Source of the DNA: Escherichia phage P896
Sequence record: OL451225.1
Length of the DNA: 64,000 nucleotides
Direction: 5' to 3' (one strand)
Of the stretch, positions 42,887 to 52,638 are shown piece by piece. A program made the position numbers and the translations under genes. The stretch's first letter is position 1; each line of letters begins with the position of its first letter. Below the pieces are notes generated by a model that did not search any database, had not been told where the DNA came from, and saw nothing but the letters and a program-made list of their open reading frames with translations.

Positions 42887-43099
42887 TTAAATATCTTTGA
42901 CGCTGATAATATATACATCAGCCCAATGACCATAACCAGGTAGACGGTCTTTAATAGATAATCCACCGTCAGATTTCAGCATTTTAATTGTTTTAGTATA
43001 TGGTTCAATATTTCGGGCCCATGGACTCACGTCAGTTACGCGATAAGTAACTTCAACCATTTCTGTTCCCAAAATTTTCTGAATCAGTTTCTTAAACAT
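42887..43099 (-). CDS. small hypothetical protein, tandem paralog B
   Basis: 70 aa; paralogous to 42665-42877. Confidence 0.6.
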   Translation of the reverse strand: MFKKLIQKILGTEMVEVTYRVTDVSPWARNIEPYTKTIKMLKSDGGLSIKDRLPGYGHWADVYIISVKDI

Positions 43100-43100
43100 A

Positions 43101-43295
43101 TTATCCTCGCCTTAAACATTTGATTACAGACAGTTCACCGTCCATGCGAACGTCTTCTGTTCCGTCAACCCACAGGACTAGATACGCTTCTTTAATTACA
43201 ATACCACCGAATTTAAAAGCAGGCAAGACCTTAGAAATCATTCCAGGAATACCTACGCCTTTTAACTGGACAGTTTGCGATAGAAATAGTTTCAT
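43101..43295 (-). CDS. hypothetical protein
   Basis: 64-aa ORF packed without gap in the early operon. Confidence 0.5.
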   Translation of the reverse strand: MKLFLSQTVQLKGVGIPGMISKVLPAFKFGGIVIKEAYLVLWVDGTEDVRMDGELSVIKCLRRG

Positions 43296-43612
43296 TAGAA
43301 CCTCATCTGGAAACCGTGTGATTTAACATTACCGCCATTAATATCAGACGAATTGACTTCACGTGCTGCAATTGGGTCAATATCAATGTCGCGGCTAAGC
43401 TTGGTGATTGCCAGCGTATCACGTCCATTAACAGTCCTGAATTCAACTGGGCAAACTATATCCACATAGTTTTTAATGGATTCTTTAGTTGGTTCACACC
43501 CAGCAGGAACATTAGGGCCTTTTTTAGAGAAAACAACTTCACAGAAATTTTTGCGTGTATCAAAGTAAGTAGTCATAAACATAGTATTTTCCTCAAGGGG
43601 CTTTCGCCCCAT
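43295..43612 (-). CDS. hypothetical protein
   Basis: 105-aa ORF (start probably at an internal Met). Confidence 0.55.
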   Translation of the reverse strand: MGRKPLEENTMFMTTYFDTRKNFCEVVFSKKGPNVPAGCEPTKESIKNYVDIVCPVEFRTVNGRDTLAITKLSRDIDIDPIAAREVNSSDINGGNVKSHGFQMRF

Positions 43613-43618
43613 TTAAGA

Positions 43619-43984
43619 TTAGATATCAAATTCATTAAGAACTACATCAAAGATTGCTTCCAGGTGTTCAGGTTTTGCTTTGTTACCCAGGATATGACGA
43701 ATCCAAGTTTTAACCAACAGCTTGCGATTAACACCATTCCAACAAGGATGAGTACCTAAATCACGCTCGCGGAAATCATCATCTAAAGCAATTTTAAAGG
43801 TTGAACCAGTCATAGTGATTGAAAGAGTGATACCATTTTCAAATCGCATATAAACGTAGTTAGGAGTCATATACTGTTCAATTTCGCACACTGAACCATT
43901 TTTATGTTTCCACAGGCAAATAACTTCAGAAGAACCTGGGATGCAGTTAGAAACATATTTGCGTTCAAAGTTGATGTAGTTCAT
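43619..43984 (-). CDS. hypothetical protein
   Basis: 121-aa ORF with RBS. Confidence 0.6.
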   Translation of the reverse strand: MNYINFERKYVSNCIPGSSEVICLWKHKNGSVCEIEQYMTPNYVYMRFENGITLSITMTGSTFKIALDDDFRERDLGTHPCWNGVNRKLLVKTWIRHILGNKAKPEHLEAIFDVVLNEFDI

Positions 43985-44055
43985 TTTATTCTCCAGTTGT
44001 TTTCATTTGTTGGTACAGGTCTATAATATCATAACCTGTACCAAAGTAAACTGTT

Positions 44056-44424
44056 TTATGCGACTTTAATCCAATTATCTAAATTTAATTCACCCTTAGC
44101 TTTCATTTTTTCAATCAAATCATCAGCAGTAGTGCGACCATTTTGATACCATGTAACATCTTCAGAATAACCAGTTTCTTCATCTTCATAGGTCTTACAG
44201 CGAATCTTACCAAGAATCAAAGTTTTCAGTTCGTAGGTATCACCAGTAAAAAAGTTTGTTACCATAATTTTCCAGGAGAAGTCATCAGAAGGACCTTCTG
44301 GAGTCATGCAAGAAACGAATTCAAATTGTTCTTTATACAAGTGCCATTGCATTTCTTTAGTTTCAATGGCTTTGTAACCGTCGTGGTCTTTACCTTTGAT
44401 GTATGAGTTAAGATTGATTTTCAT
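44056..44424 (-). CDS. hypothetical early protein
   Basis: 122-aa ORF directly downstream of a family A promoter cassette; GGAG RBS. Confidence 0.6.
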   Translation of the reverse strand: MKINLNSYIKGKDHDGYKAIETKEMQWHLYKEQFEFVSCMTPEGPSDDFSWKIMVTNFFTGDTYELKTLILGKIRCKTYEDEETGYSEDVTWYQNGRTTADDLIEKMKAKGELNLDNWIKVA

Positions 44425-44495
44425 TTTATTCTCCAGTGTTTTATTGTGTAACTCAGTATGGAATCATTATGCACTGGACCAACCCTGTTGTAAAC
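44425..44495 (-). repeat. early promoter + 5'UTR cassette, family A copy 2
   Basis: GTTTAC (44490-44495), 18 bp, CATAAT (44466-44471), leader TTCCATACTGAGTTACACAATAAAACACTGGAGAATAAA-ATG. Confidence 0.6.
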
Positions 44496-44516
44496 CCCTT
44501 TATGGAAAATAAAAAA

Positions 44517-44534
44517 GGGACTCCGAAGAGTCCC
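44517..44534 (-). terminator. intrinsic terminator after the 53-aa gene
   Basis: GGGACTCcgaaGAGTCCC hairpin followed on the minus strand by TTTTTTATTTTCC. Confidence 0.6.
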
Positions 44535-44539
44535 TGAAC

Positions 44540-44701
44540 TTATGCTTTCGGCTTACCAAAGCAAGCTGCATCGGCACGCAATACCGCACGAGCACGAGCC
44601 TGAAGTTTATCAGTTACCTGATTGATTCGCTTGTTGGACGCACGCTTGTAACCAGCGCGTTTGGAGGAGCCATCAACAACTTTAACTTCTTTCTTAGCCA
44701 T
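44540..44701 (-). CDS. hypothetical small basic protein
   Basis: 53-codon ORF read by hand: MAKKEVKVVDGSSKRAGYKRASNKRINQVTDKLQARARAVLRADAACFGKPKA; weak RBS. Confidence 0.45.
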   Translation of the reverse strand: MAKKEVKVVDGSSKRAGYKRASNKRINQVTDKLQARARAVLRADAACFGKPKA

Positions 44702-44996
44702 ATTAAATTCTCTTTAAAATAGAATGCAGGACTTATTGACATTGCCTGCGCAAGCCCTCGAAGGGAACATTAGGTTTCGGATATTTAACGACAGGATAAC
44801 CATAAACCTCGTCATCATACCAACCACGACTTAGACAGATAACCTTTTTCTGACGCGTGATAGTACAAAATACATTCAAGAGGTACACCACAAAATTATC
44901 GGGGTCTAAAACTATAATGATTCGCAAATCATTAATCAGATAATTCGGTGGCTCCTCGATTTTCTAGCCGCACTAAGGTAGCGAATCACCTACAGC

Positions 44997-45251
44997 TTAC
45001 TTCAGGGTTACGACAAAATGGCGAACAGCTTTACGCGCAGCAGATGCCAGCGGCTTAGCAAATTTCAGTTCATCTTTTGCTTCGAGCACTGCGCGAAGGT
45101 CGGTTTGAATCGGGTTAAGATGTTTGAAATACTGCAGAATTTCCAGTGCTTCGGCTTCAACATCAATAGATGCGCCGTAGTTTTCGTGACCGTTATTCCA
45201 TGCAGTGCGTTGCAGTTCGAGAGCGTGTTGTAATTGTTTGTTTAAAGACAT
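44997..45251 (-). CDS. rIII: rIII lysis-inhibition accessory protein
   Basis: Start at MSLNKQLQHALELQRTAWNNGHENYGASIDVEAEALEIL with GAGG RBS; recognised as rIII-like; position before gene 31. Confidence 0.8.
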   Translation of the reverse strand: MSLNKQLQHALELQRTAWNNGHENYGASIDVEAEALEILQYFKHLNPIQTDLRAVLEAKDELKFAKPLASAARKAVRHFVVTLK

Positions 45252-45422
45252 TTTAGAAGCCTCAATATGAGGTGAATATTTGGTGGACACGTTCTTCTGA
45301 ATTTCACTTCCTTTCGGCAAGTCTCTCAGTTGTAGTCCACCGTTTAGGATTAGCTAACCCAATACACCAGCAAAGCTCTGTATGACATCAACCAATCCAT
45401 ATTATTATTTATAACGCTAATT

Positions 45423-45770
45423 TTACTTATAAAGACAAGGAACAGCTTTATAATGACAGGTCACAAATTTCTGCTTAACTTCTTTAGCCTGCTTAAGTCC
45501 CAGAGCAACCAGAGGATGCGGAACGTTTGCAATCTTGCCAACCGGAAGAGGAGTCAAATCACCTACTTCACAGAAACCTTCAGGAACATCCGGACCAACC
45601 GAAAATACTTCACACATCTCCGGGATTTCACCCTGATGGAGTTTTCCGATAACGATACCTGATGCCGTAGTTTCTTCATCACCAGCTTGCTTTGGCTCAG
45701 AAACCAAAATAATATATTCACCTACTGCTTTAATTGGTAATTCCATATTTAATCCATGTTGTTTGGTCAT
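45423..45770 (-). CDS. 31: co-chaperonin gp31 (GroES analogue)
   Basis: ...[23 protein letters not shown]...[14 protein letters not shown] recognised as T4 gp31-like; start may be the internal MELPIK (45746). Confidence 0.9.
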   Translation of the reverse strand: MTKQHGLNMELPIKAVGEYIILVSEPKQAGDEETTASGIVIGKLHQGEIPEMCEVFSVGPDVPEGFCEVGDLTPLPVGKIANVPHPLVALGLKQAKEVKQKFVTCHYKAVPCLYK

Positions 45771-45801
45771 GTATTAATAATAACACGCATTGTTTGAAGC
45801 A

Positions 45802-46101
45802 TTAAAGGACAAGCAGTGTCTCGGTCTGCAGTCCATTCACGGAAATCAATTTATTGAAACAGAATGAACGCCATTCATTAAGCTTGGTATCAAATACCCG
45901 GATATAGCTAACTGGTTCTTTATGAGCTTCTGGCCCAGGGACCTGGATTTCTTTATACGGCAGCAGGTCCAGGTCGCGAGTACAAGTCATACGGCGGATG
46001 CTACCATCTGCTTTTTCAAACAGAACTTCGTGAAAACCAACAGACAAAATAGTCTTGACTTTTTCACGGAGACGAATTGTTTCTTGTTCAGTTAAAATCA
46101 T
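45802..46101 (-). CDS. hypothetical protein (31.1 position)
   Basis: 99-aa ORF. Confidence 0.6.
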   Translation of the reverse strand: MILTEQETIRLREKVKTILSVGFHEVLFEKADGSIRRMTCTRDLDLLPYKEIQVPGPEAHKEPVSYIRVFDTKLNEWRSFCFNKLISVNGLQTETLLVL

Positions 46102-46103
46102 AA

Positions 46104-46337
46104 TTATTCCAAAACAGTTTTAATGGTTGTTGCATTACGCTCTTTTAGAGCTCTTAATAGGCTATGGCAATTTTCAAGAATAGGCACCGTTTTATAGTTC
46201 ATTTCGGCGCGAGCCCACTCGGATTTATAGTACGATTTCCAACGAGAGAAAAAGTACTTTTTGTATTCTACTGAATAGGCTACCAGGTTTTCACCTTTTG
46301 AGTTCAGACCTGAAAACTTAACTAGACGAAATTTCAT
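46104..46337 (-). CDS. hypothetical protein (31.2 position)
   Basis: 77-aa ORF. Confidence 0.6.
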   Translation of the reverse strand: MKFRLVKFSGLNSKGENLVAYSVEYKKYFFSRWKSYYKSEWARAEMNYKTVPILENCHSLLRALKERNATTIKTVLE

Positions 46338-46918
46338 TATTCACCACAAAATTCGTTAATGTTTTCCCAGTTCAATTTGTCTAGACTGCGCTTAGGCACA
46401 TTGAACACCTCAATTCCCGCGTTCTTCAGGATATCATCCCAACCAGGAATATTCTTATCATACGTTTCACAGTAAACCAATTTCTTGATTCCTGATTGAG
46501 AAATTGCCTTTGCACAATCAGGACAAGGAGAAAGCGTCACATACATAGTAGCGCCTTCAATTGACGAACCCATTCTGGCTGCGAACAGAATCGCATTAAG
46601 CTCGGCATGAATTTCGTTGTTCTTTGACCATGCAGAATGTTCTTCGCGATGGGCTTTCGCCAATACAAAACGGTCAACCTTACTGAATCTCACACATTCT
46701 GGCTTATGACCAGGGACGAGAACAGGTTTAGGTTTATTCAGTAACCAACCTTGCTCTTCCGCATGCTCGCAACAGTTAACCCCACCTGCAGGGGAACCAT
46801 TATACCCTGTAGAAATAATGCGGCCATTCTTTTCAATAACAGCCCCCACTTTCCAGGAGCAACATTTGGATTCTTGAGATACAAGGTATGCGATTTGCAG
46901 AACAGTAGTTGGTTTCAT
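46337..46918 (-). CDS. cd: dCMP deaminase
   Basis: 193 aa; zinc-binding CEHAE and SPCPDC motifs; same length as T4 Cd. Confidence 0.9.
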   Translation of the reverse strand: MKPTTVLQIAYLVSQESKCCSWKVGAVIEKNGRIISTGYNGSPAGGVNCCEHAEEQGWLLNKPKPVLVPGHKPECVRFSKVDRFVLAKAHREEHSAWSKNNEIHAELNAILFAARMGSSIEGATMYVTLSPCPDCAKAISQSGIKKLVYCETYDKNIPGWDDILKNAGIEVFNVPKRSLDKLNWENINEFCGE

Positions 46919-47254
46919 TTACATCACCACGAGATAATTGGTTTTAATAGTTTCAACACGATATAATTCATGTCGCAATTTAGTAATGCTCTTAACATGT
47001 GTTGTAATTATACTATCACCGTCGCTGAAGCGTTTTTTCTTATCGCCAAAAATCACCCCAAACATTCGCTCACCAATTTCTACAGGAGCTTCTGTAATAA
47101 CAACCGCATCATAATTACTTGGGTGAATACTTTTAAACAGAGCATCATTCGCAAGCGTTACTTTGATAAATGCAGCTGTCTCCGGGTCCAACTTACGATG
47201 GTCACCCAAATCATTTTTAAGGGCTTCCTGGAAAATATCCATTAAATTCATCAT
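46919..47254 (-). CDS. hypothetical protein (cd.1 position)
   Basis: 111-aa ORF. Confidence 0.6.
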   Translation of the reverse strand: MMNLMDIFQEALKNDLGDHRKLDPETAAFIKVTLANDALFKSIHPSNYDAVVITEAPVEIGERMFGVIFGDKKKRFSDGDSIITTHVKSITKLRHELYRVETIKTNYLVVM

Positions 47255-47496
47255 TGAATATACACTCGCTGCGCTTCAACCAGACCATCAGAACCCAATT
47301 TCAGTTGGGTCAACTGGTCACCACCTTTTAGAGTAATTTTCGGATTAATGACAATCATAAAACTGCGTGCGGATTCCTGAATAACTTGCAAAGTCGCATT
47401 AGGGAATCGCTCTGATACGCGATTAATCATCGCTTGAGCGAATGCTTTCACTTTTTCGTGGAACTCTTCAACAGTAATTGGTGTTTCGCTAAGCAT
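47251..47496 (-). CDS. hypothetical protein (cd.2 position)
   Basis: 81-aa ORF, ATGA-coupled. Confidence 0.6.
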   Translation of the reverse strand: MLSETPITVEEFHEKVKAFAQAMINRVSERFPNATLQVIQESARSFMIVINPKITLKGGDQLTQLKLGSDGLVEAQRVYIQ

Positions 47497-48038
47497 CAGA
47501 TTGTCTCCTGTTTTACTTGTTTAACGATAGAAGCTTTTGTGATATCGCCTTTGATAATATAGCAATCTTCTGCAGTACCACGGTTTAACAGACGCTCTGC
47601 CTCGCCTTCCGCATATTCTTTTGACACATGACGAGAGTTAATCTCAATCTTGCCATTTTTAACCACAAGCAATTTCCAAACTGATGCAAGTTTCACTGGC
47701 ACAGGTTCAACTTCTGGCTTAACGCCAACTTCCGCTTGGATGAAATAATCAAATTCATCAGACAATGGACCAGCAGAAACAAACATTGCCCCATGATGCC
47801 TGTTTTCTGCACCAGATATTTTTGCCAAATCCACAAAATTCTTTTCATCAATCAAACGAATCTCACAAACTTTTCTTCCACCGCTAGCAGTATCAGGGAC
47901 AATCTTAACTTCAAACGGAGTCATACCGATGTATTTGGCAATTTGGTAATTAGCTGCCCAGCCTCCGGCAATAAACTGTTTTTTGGCATTTTCAGATGCG
48001 AACTTGTAAAACTTGCCTTCTTCAAAGAAATTACTCAT
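47496..48038 (-). CDS. hypothetical protein with GKFY...AKKQFIAG N-terminal motif
   Basis: 180-aa ORF; shares the N-terminal motif with the ORF at 60476-60843. Confidence 0.6.
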   Translation of the reverse strand: MSNFFEEGKFYKFASENAKKQFIAGGWAANYQIAKYIGMTPFEVKIVPDTASGGRKVCEIRLIDEKNFVDLAKISGAENRHHGAMFVSAGPLSDEFDYFIQAEVGVKPEVEPVPVKLASVWKLLVVKNGKIEINSRHVSKEYAEGEAERLLNRGTAEDCYIIKGDITKASIVKQVKQETI

Positions 48039-48098
48039 TTTGTTTTCCTCATGTGTTGATGAAATTCATTATACACCATCCGTGGTGAAAGTAAACAC

Positions 48099-48377
48099 TT
48101 AAATTGCTTCGACAACTACCGTTTGTTTCTGGAAGTCCATTTTGCATGAAATAGCCAAAATGTGGTTATCAATTTTAAACGGAACAATTGCAAATGCTGC
48201 ACCAGGCGTGAGTTGAACAGTGATTGCATCAACTGCATCCGGGAACATGATTTCCAGAATAGCAGACAAACGACCATGCACTTTTAGTTCAGTCGACACG
48301 TCGACGCTTTCGTATAGATAATCAGATACAATCTGACTAAAAACTACTTTAACAATTTCAGAATACGTAGGAAACAT
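48099..48377 (-). CDS. hypothetical protein
   Basis: 92-aa ORF downstream of a middle-promoter-like element. Confidence 0.55.
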   Translation of the reverse strand: MFPTYSEIVKVVFSQIVSDYLYESVDVSTELKVHGRLSAILEIMFPDAVDAITVQLTPGAAFAIVPFKIDNHILAISCKMDFQKQTVVVEAI

Positions 48378-48425
48378 TTTCTTTTCTCGCTTAGTTATTT
48401 GGGGTATCCAAAGGACCTAGACCCC

Positions 48426-48450
48426 ATTATAACATAAAATTTTTAAAGCG
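48426..48450 (-). promoter_or_regulatory. middle-promoter-like element
   Basis: Minus strand CGCTTTA (near MotA box), 12 bp, TATAAT, then GGGGTCTAGGTCC. Confidence 0.4.
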
Positions 48451-48666
48451 TTAATGAACGGTATGCACCTTGACATTAACGATAAATCGGTCAATGACTT
48501 CAGTCAGCGGAACGAATTCAACATAATATTCGCCCTTGTATCGTTCGTTGATATCATTGCGCAGTGCAGCCAGGTTGTTGATAAGAGCAGGAGACATATT
48601 CTGCCCTACCAGTTTCTGAAGCTCTTTATAAGCTTCTTCTTCAACTTCATGGTGTTTGTTATACAT
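48451..48666 (-). CDS. hypothetical protein
   Basis: 71-aa ORF. Confidence 0.55.
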   Translation of the reverse strand: MYNKHHEVEEEAYKELQKLVGQNMSPALINNLAALRNDINERYKGEYYVEFVPLTEVIDRFIVNVKVHTVH

Positions 48667-48868
48667 AATGTTCTTCCAAGAAGGCTAAGAGTTCTGGAGC
48701 GGATTTAAAGATACCGCCATCAACCTTGTCTTCACTATCATAATCCATTACATCCAGGCCAATACGTCCATCAGTTAAAGGCCATACGCCGAAGAAAAAG
48801 CATTTACGTTTTTCAATTTCTTCGATTGTACGAAAAATCTTTTCGATATTATTCATAGGGGTTTCCAT
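48659..48868 (-). CDS. hypothetical protein
   Basis: 69-aa ORF. Confidence 0.55.
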   Translation of the reverse strand: METPMNNIEKIFRTIEEIEKRKCFFFGVWPLTDGRIGLDVMDYDSEDKVDGGIFKSAPELLAFLEEHYV

Positions 48869-49572
48869 TTTCTACCTAGTTGCCAATCGGGGTGGCTCAA
48901 TCTAGGGTCATTTTCATCGGTGGTAGAAGATTTCTTGCCTGAAATATGGATAAGCCATTTTCTAGACTTAGCTACTCTTGAATAATTGGCTTTTGCCTCA
49001 TCTGAACGAATCTTACCTTTGTTCGATTCAGATATTTTATTGCCCCATTCAATAATAGCTTCTTCACTCATAAAATCTTTTACATTTTTACCGTACACTG
49101 GATTATTTTCGCCTTTAAATGAATTACCATTTTTAAGGCGGCTTTTTTTGGATTTAAGCCCACTACCAGGCAATCTCTTGCCTTTATTCCATGGTATAAC
49201 ACCGTTTTTGTATCTTTGCTTTTGTGATTCTGAAATTTTTAACGAAGTTTCGGGACTCGAGTTAACATTAATACGATTTTCATTAATGTACTCCCAACCT
49301 CCTTCTCCACCGGGCTTCAAATTGTAATTAGTATCCAATTTTATAAATTCTTTAGTTACTAATTCGGCTTCTAAATCATATGCTTCTTGTTTAGTTTCAA
49401 ATATTTTTATGATTTCTTTAATAAAAGAATCTTTACCATATTTTGATTCAGCATTTTTAAAAGCTGTACCGGAACCTAAATAAGAATCGTTTTCTTCCAA
49501 GGTCTTATGAACCCCTATATAAATTTTATTATTAACCAAACATGTAGTTTTATATACAGTATATTTTTCCAT
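48853..49572 (-). CDS. Seg-like GIY-YIG homing endonuclease
   Basis: Start MEKYTVYKTTCLVNNKIYIGVHKT (GIY-YIG motif) with GGAGGTGA RBS; C-terminal repeats resembling NUMOD3 (IPWNKGK, NPVYGKN, EWGNKISESNKGK). Confidence 0.8.
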   Translation of the reverse strand: MEKYTVYKTTCLVNNKIYIGVHKTLEENDSYLGSGTAFKNAESKYGKDSFIKEIIKIFETKQEAYDLEAELVTKEFIKLDTNYNLKPGGEGGWEYINENRINVNSSPETSLKISESQKQRYKNGVIPWNKGKRLPGSGLKSKKSRLKNGNSFKGENNPVYGKNVKDFMSEEAIIEWGNKISESNKGKIRSDEAKANYSRVAKSRKWLIHISGKKSSTTDENDPRLSHPDWQLGRKWKPL

Positions 49573-49581
49573 TAGAATCAC

Positions 49582-49611
49582 CTCCATAGATATTTATACT
49601 TATCTATGGAG
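49582..49611 (-). promoter_or_regulatory. hairpin sequestering the seg RBS, with late promoter in the loop
   Basis: Perfect 11-bp stem CTCCATAGATA/TATCTATGGAG; minus-strand TATAAATA (49591-49598) spans loop and 3' arm; the 3' arm contains the GGAGG RBS. Confidence 0.6.
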
Positions 49612-49619
49612 ATTTCTAA

Positions 49620-50838
<1,219 letters not shown>

Positions 50839-50842
<4 letters not shown>

Positions 50843-51321
50843 ACACCAAGCTCCTTATAAAGTTCTTCGCGACAGGTTTTAAGGATTTTACCAGTTTCAT
50901 AAGCTGCACTTTCAGAAACATCACCAAGTGCAGCGGCAGATTGCATTTGTCCATGGCGTTTAGCTGCATATTCAAAACTTTTCACCAATTCACGAATACG
51001 TTCTTTTTCATTGTACTCTTCAATGAATTCAGGGTATTCCCAAACAGGTCGCATCATACGATACCAATGCTGAATAGTAATATAATTACTTCCATCCAGA
51101 TTAATAATTTGCGAAGGCTTAATAGACCCTGGGGCATAAAAAGTTACCTGTCTTACTACATCAATACCGTCCACCATAGCCCAAGCAAAATCGAAAGTTG
51201 CCTTCTTTTCAATTGGTGTGCTTGCACAGGACCCTAATTTTAAGAGCTTTTGTAATACAGGAGATTTAACACCTGAAATGTATTCAGGATTAGCTACAAA
51301 AGAATTGTCACGTAAAGTCAT
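50839..51321 (-). CDS. hypothetical protein
   Basis: Start at MTLRDNSF with GAGGA RBS (track ORF extends upstream through the promoter region); 160 aa. Confidence 0.6.
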
Positions 51322-51357
51322 AGTCATTTCCTCAAATATTTTATAATCCGTAGGAGC

Positions 51358-51387
51358 ATTATACTCTGCTCCCATGAGTTTGTACAC
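51358..51387 (-). promoter_or_regulatory. early promoter
   Basis: Minus strand GTGTAC, 18 bp, TATAAT. Confidence 0.5.
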
Positions 51388-51490
51388 TACTTTCCAAAAA
51401 GACCCTGAACACATAAAGTGGCCGCAATTCCAAAACAAAAACAGAATGCACCAAATCTAACAATATCCCAACCAAGGCTACAGGTCTCAA

Positions 51491-51781
51491 TCATTTGCAA
51501 CGTTCCTCTTTTAGTTCAGAACGATAATAACATAACATACCTTTTTGGTCACGTACATATCTTTTTACATCATTCATCCAAATCCTGAATTCTTGCGATG
51601 CTTCAAAAGGCATACCAACCCAGGCTTGACCATCAATTACCTTCACTTCCCATTGCTGCTTATAATCAGCCAATGCAACAGGCCAATTAGGATGAACTTG
51701 GATTGTGGGCTCCACAACGGGCTTCTGGGCGCATGAAACGAGTCCAATAGCCAAACATACTGCCATGATAGATTTCATCAT
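51491..51781 (-). CDS. pseT.2: o-spanin (outer-membrane lipoprotein, Rz1-like)
   Basis: 96 aa; signal peptide and lipobox LVSC; Pro-rich periplasmic domain with Cys; ATGA-coupled to the i-spanin gene. Confidence 0.75.
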   Translation of the reverse strand: MMKSIMAVCLAIGLVSCAQKPVVEPTIQVHPNWPVALADYKQQWEVKVIDGQAWVGMPFEASQEFRIWMNDVKRYVRDQKGMLCYYRSELKEERCK

Positions 51782-52131
51782 TTGGTGAGCTCCTGGAAGT
51801 CCTGGGCGAACTTATCAAAAGACTGATTAATCTGTTTTTCAACTAATTTAGGCTTCGCTGCCACAACCTTAGTACGTTTTGCATCTGCGCGAAGTTTATC
51901 ATTTTCCTTCTGCAGGTGTTCAACATATTCCTGGCGCTGTTGGTCAAGGAGATTAATTTGATTAACCTGGTCTTTTATTGATTGCAGATTTTTCGCATTA
52001 TCTTCTGCGACTTTGGTGACTTCCGCCACCGCTGTCTTGAGATTATCCACTTTTGCTTTTAGATAGAAACCACTACCAGCAGTTACTACCAGGGCGAGCA
52101 TAAGCCCTGTGGTGAGATTACTTATTTGCAT
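51778..52131 (-). CDS. pseT.3: i-spanin (inner-membrane spanin, Rz-like)
   Basis: 117 aa; N-terminal transmembrane helix, then coiled-coil-like charged domain. Confidence 0.75.
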   Translation of the reverse strand: MQISNLTTGLMLALVVTAGSGFYLKAKVDNLKTAVAEVTKVAEDNAKNLQSIKDQVNQINLLDQQRQEYVEHLQKENDKLRADAKRTKVVAAKPKLVEKQINQSFDKFAQDFQELTK

Positions 52132-52625
52132 AACTTGATGATTACCTCAACAATATCATCCTGGGATAAACCATTCAGGAGGATGTGATTTGTACTGTCA
52201 GATGCTGAAATGCGGAACTGATTACCAACTTCATCCGCCATATCATCCTGGGTTAACACTGGGTGTTTAATTCCCAGGCGGTGTTGAAGTGTCAGGGGTT
52301 CAACCACAACATAACAAACACATCCATTGATATGCACATTAGGTTGGGTCTGATTGATGAACACTTCTGCATCATATTTAACCAAATGGTTCTTTAAGAA
52401 GTCAACCATTTCAGGAACAGATTCATGCAGTGCTTCTTTCCGCTCTTCTGATTTCTTATCACGATATTCTTTTTGTTTCGCCTTCAACTTATTATCAGAC
52501 GCCAGTTTCTTTCTTAAGTCAGTAAGGAACCCAACATTTTTGGAACCTTTATAAACATAGATTCCGTCATGGCGGTCACCATATACATCAACAATCATTT
52601 CATTTGAAATCAGTTGCATATTCAT
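52122..52625 (-). CDS. alc: Alc, inhibitor of host transcription
   Basis: Start at MNMQLISNEMIVDVYGDRHDGIYVYKGSKN with GAGGA RBS; 167 aa; position between spanins and rnlA. Confidence 0.8.
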   Translation of the reverse strand: MNMQLISNEMIVDVYGDRHDGIYVYKGSKNVGFLTDLRKKLASDNKLKAKQKEYRDKKSEERKEALHESVPEMVDFLKNHLVKYDAEVFINQTQPNVHINGCVCYVVVEPLTLQHRLGIKHPVLTQDDMADEVGNQFRISASDSTNHILLNGLSQDDIVEVIIKLCK

Positions 52626-52638
52626 AATATTTTCCTCA

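Larger units (their letters stand above)
48853..49611 (-). mobile_element. free-standing homing endonuclease gene with its regulatory hairpin
   Basis: GIY-YIG HEG inserted between the cd.x genes and pseT. Confidence 0.65.

Noticed and set aside
44733-44927. 64-aa ORF on the minus strand
   Set aside because: Only a TTG start, no ATG and no RBS; kept as an unexplained region in the findings rather than called as a gene.
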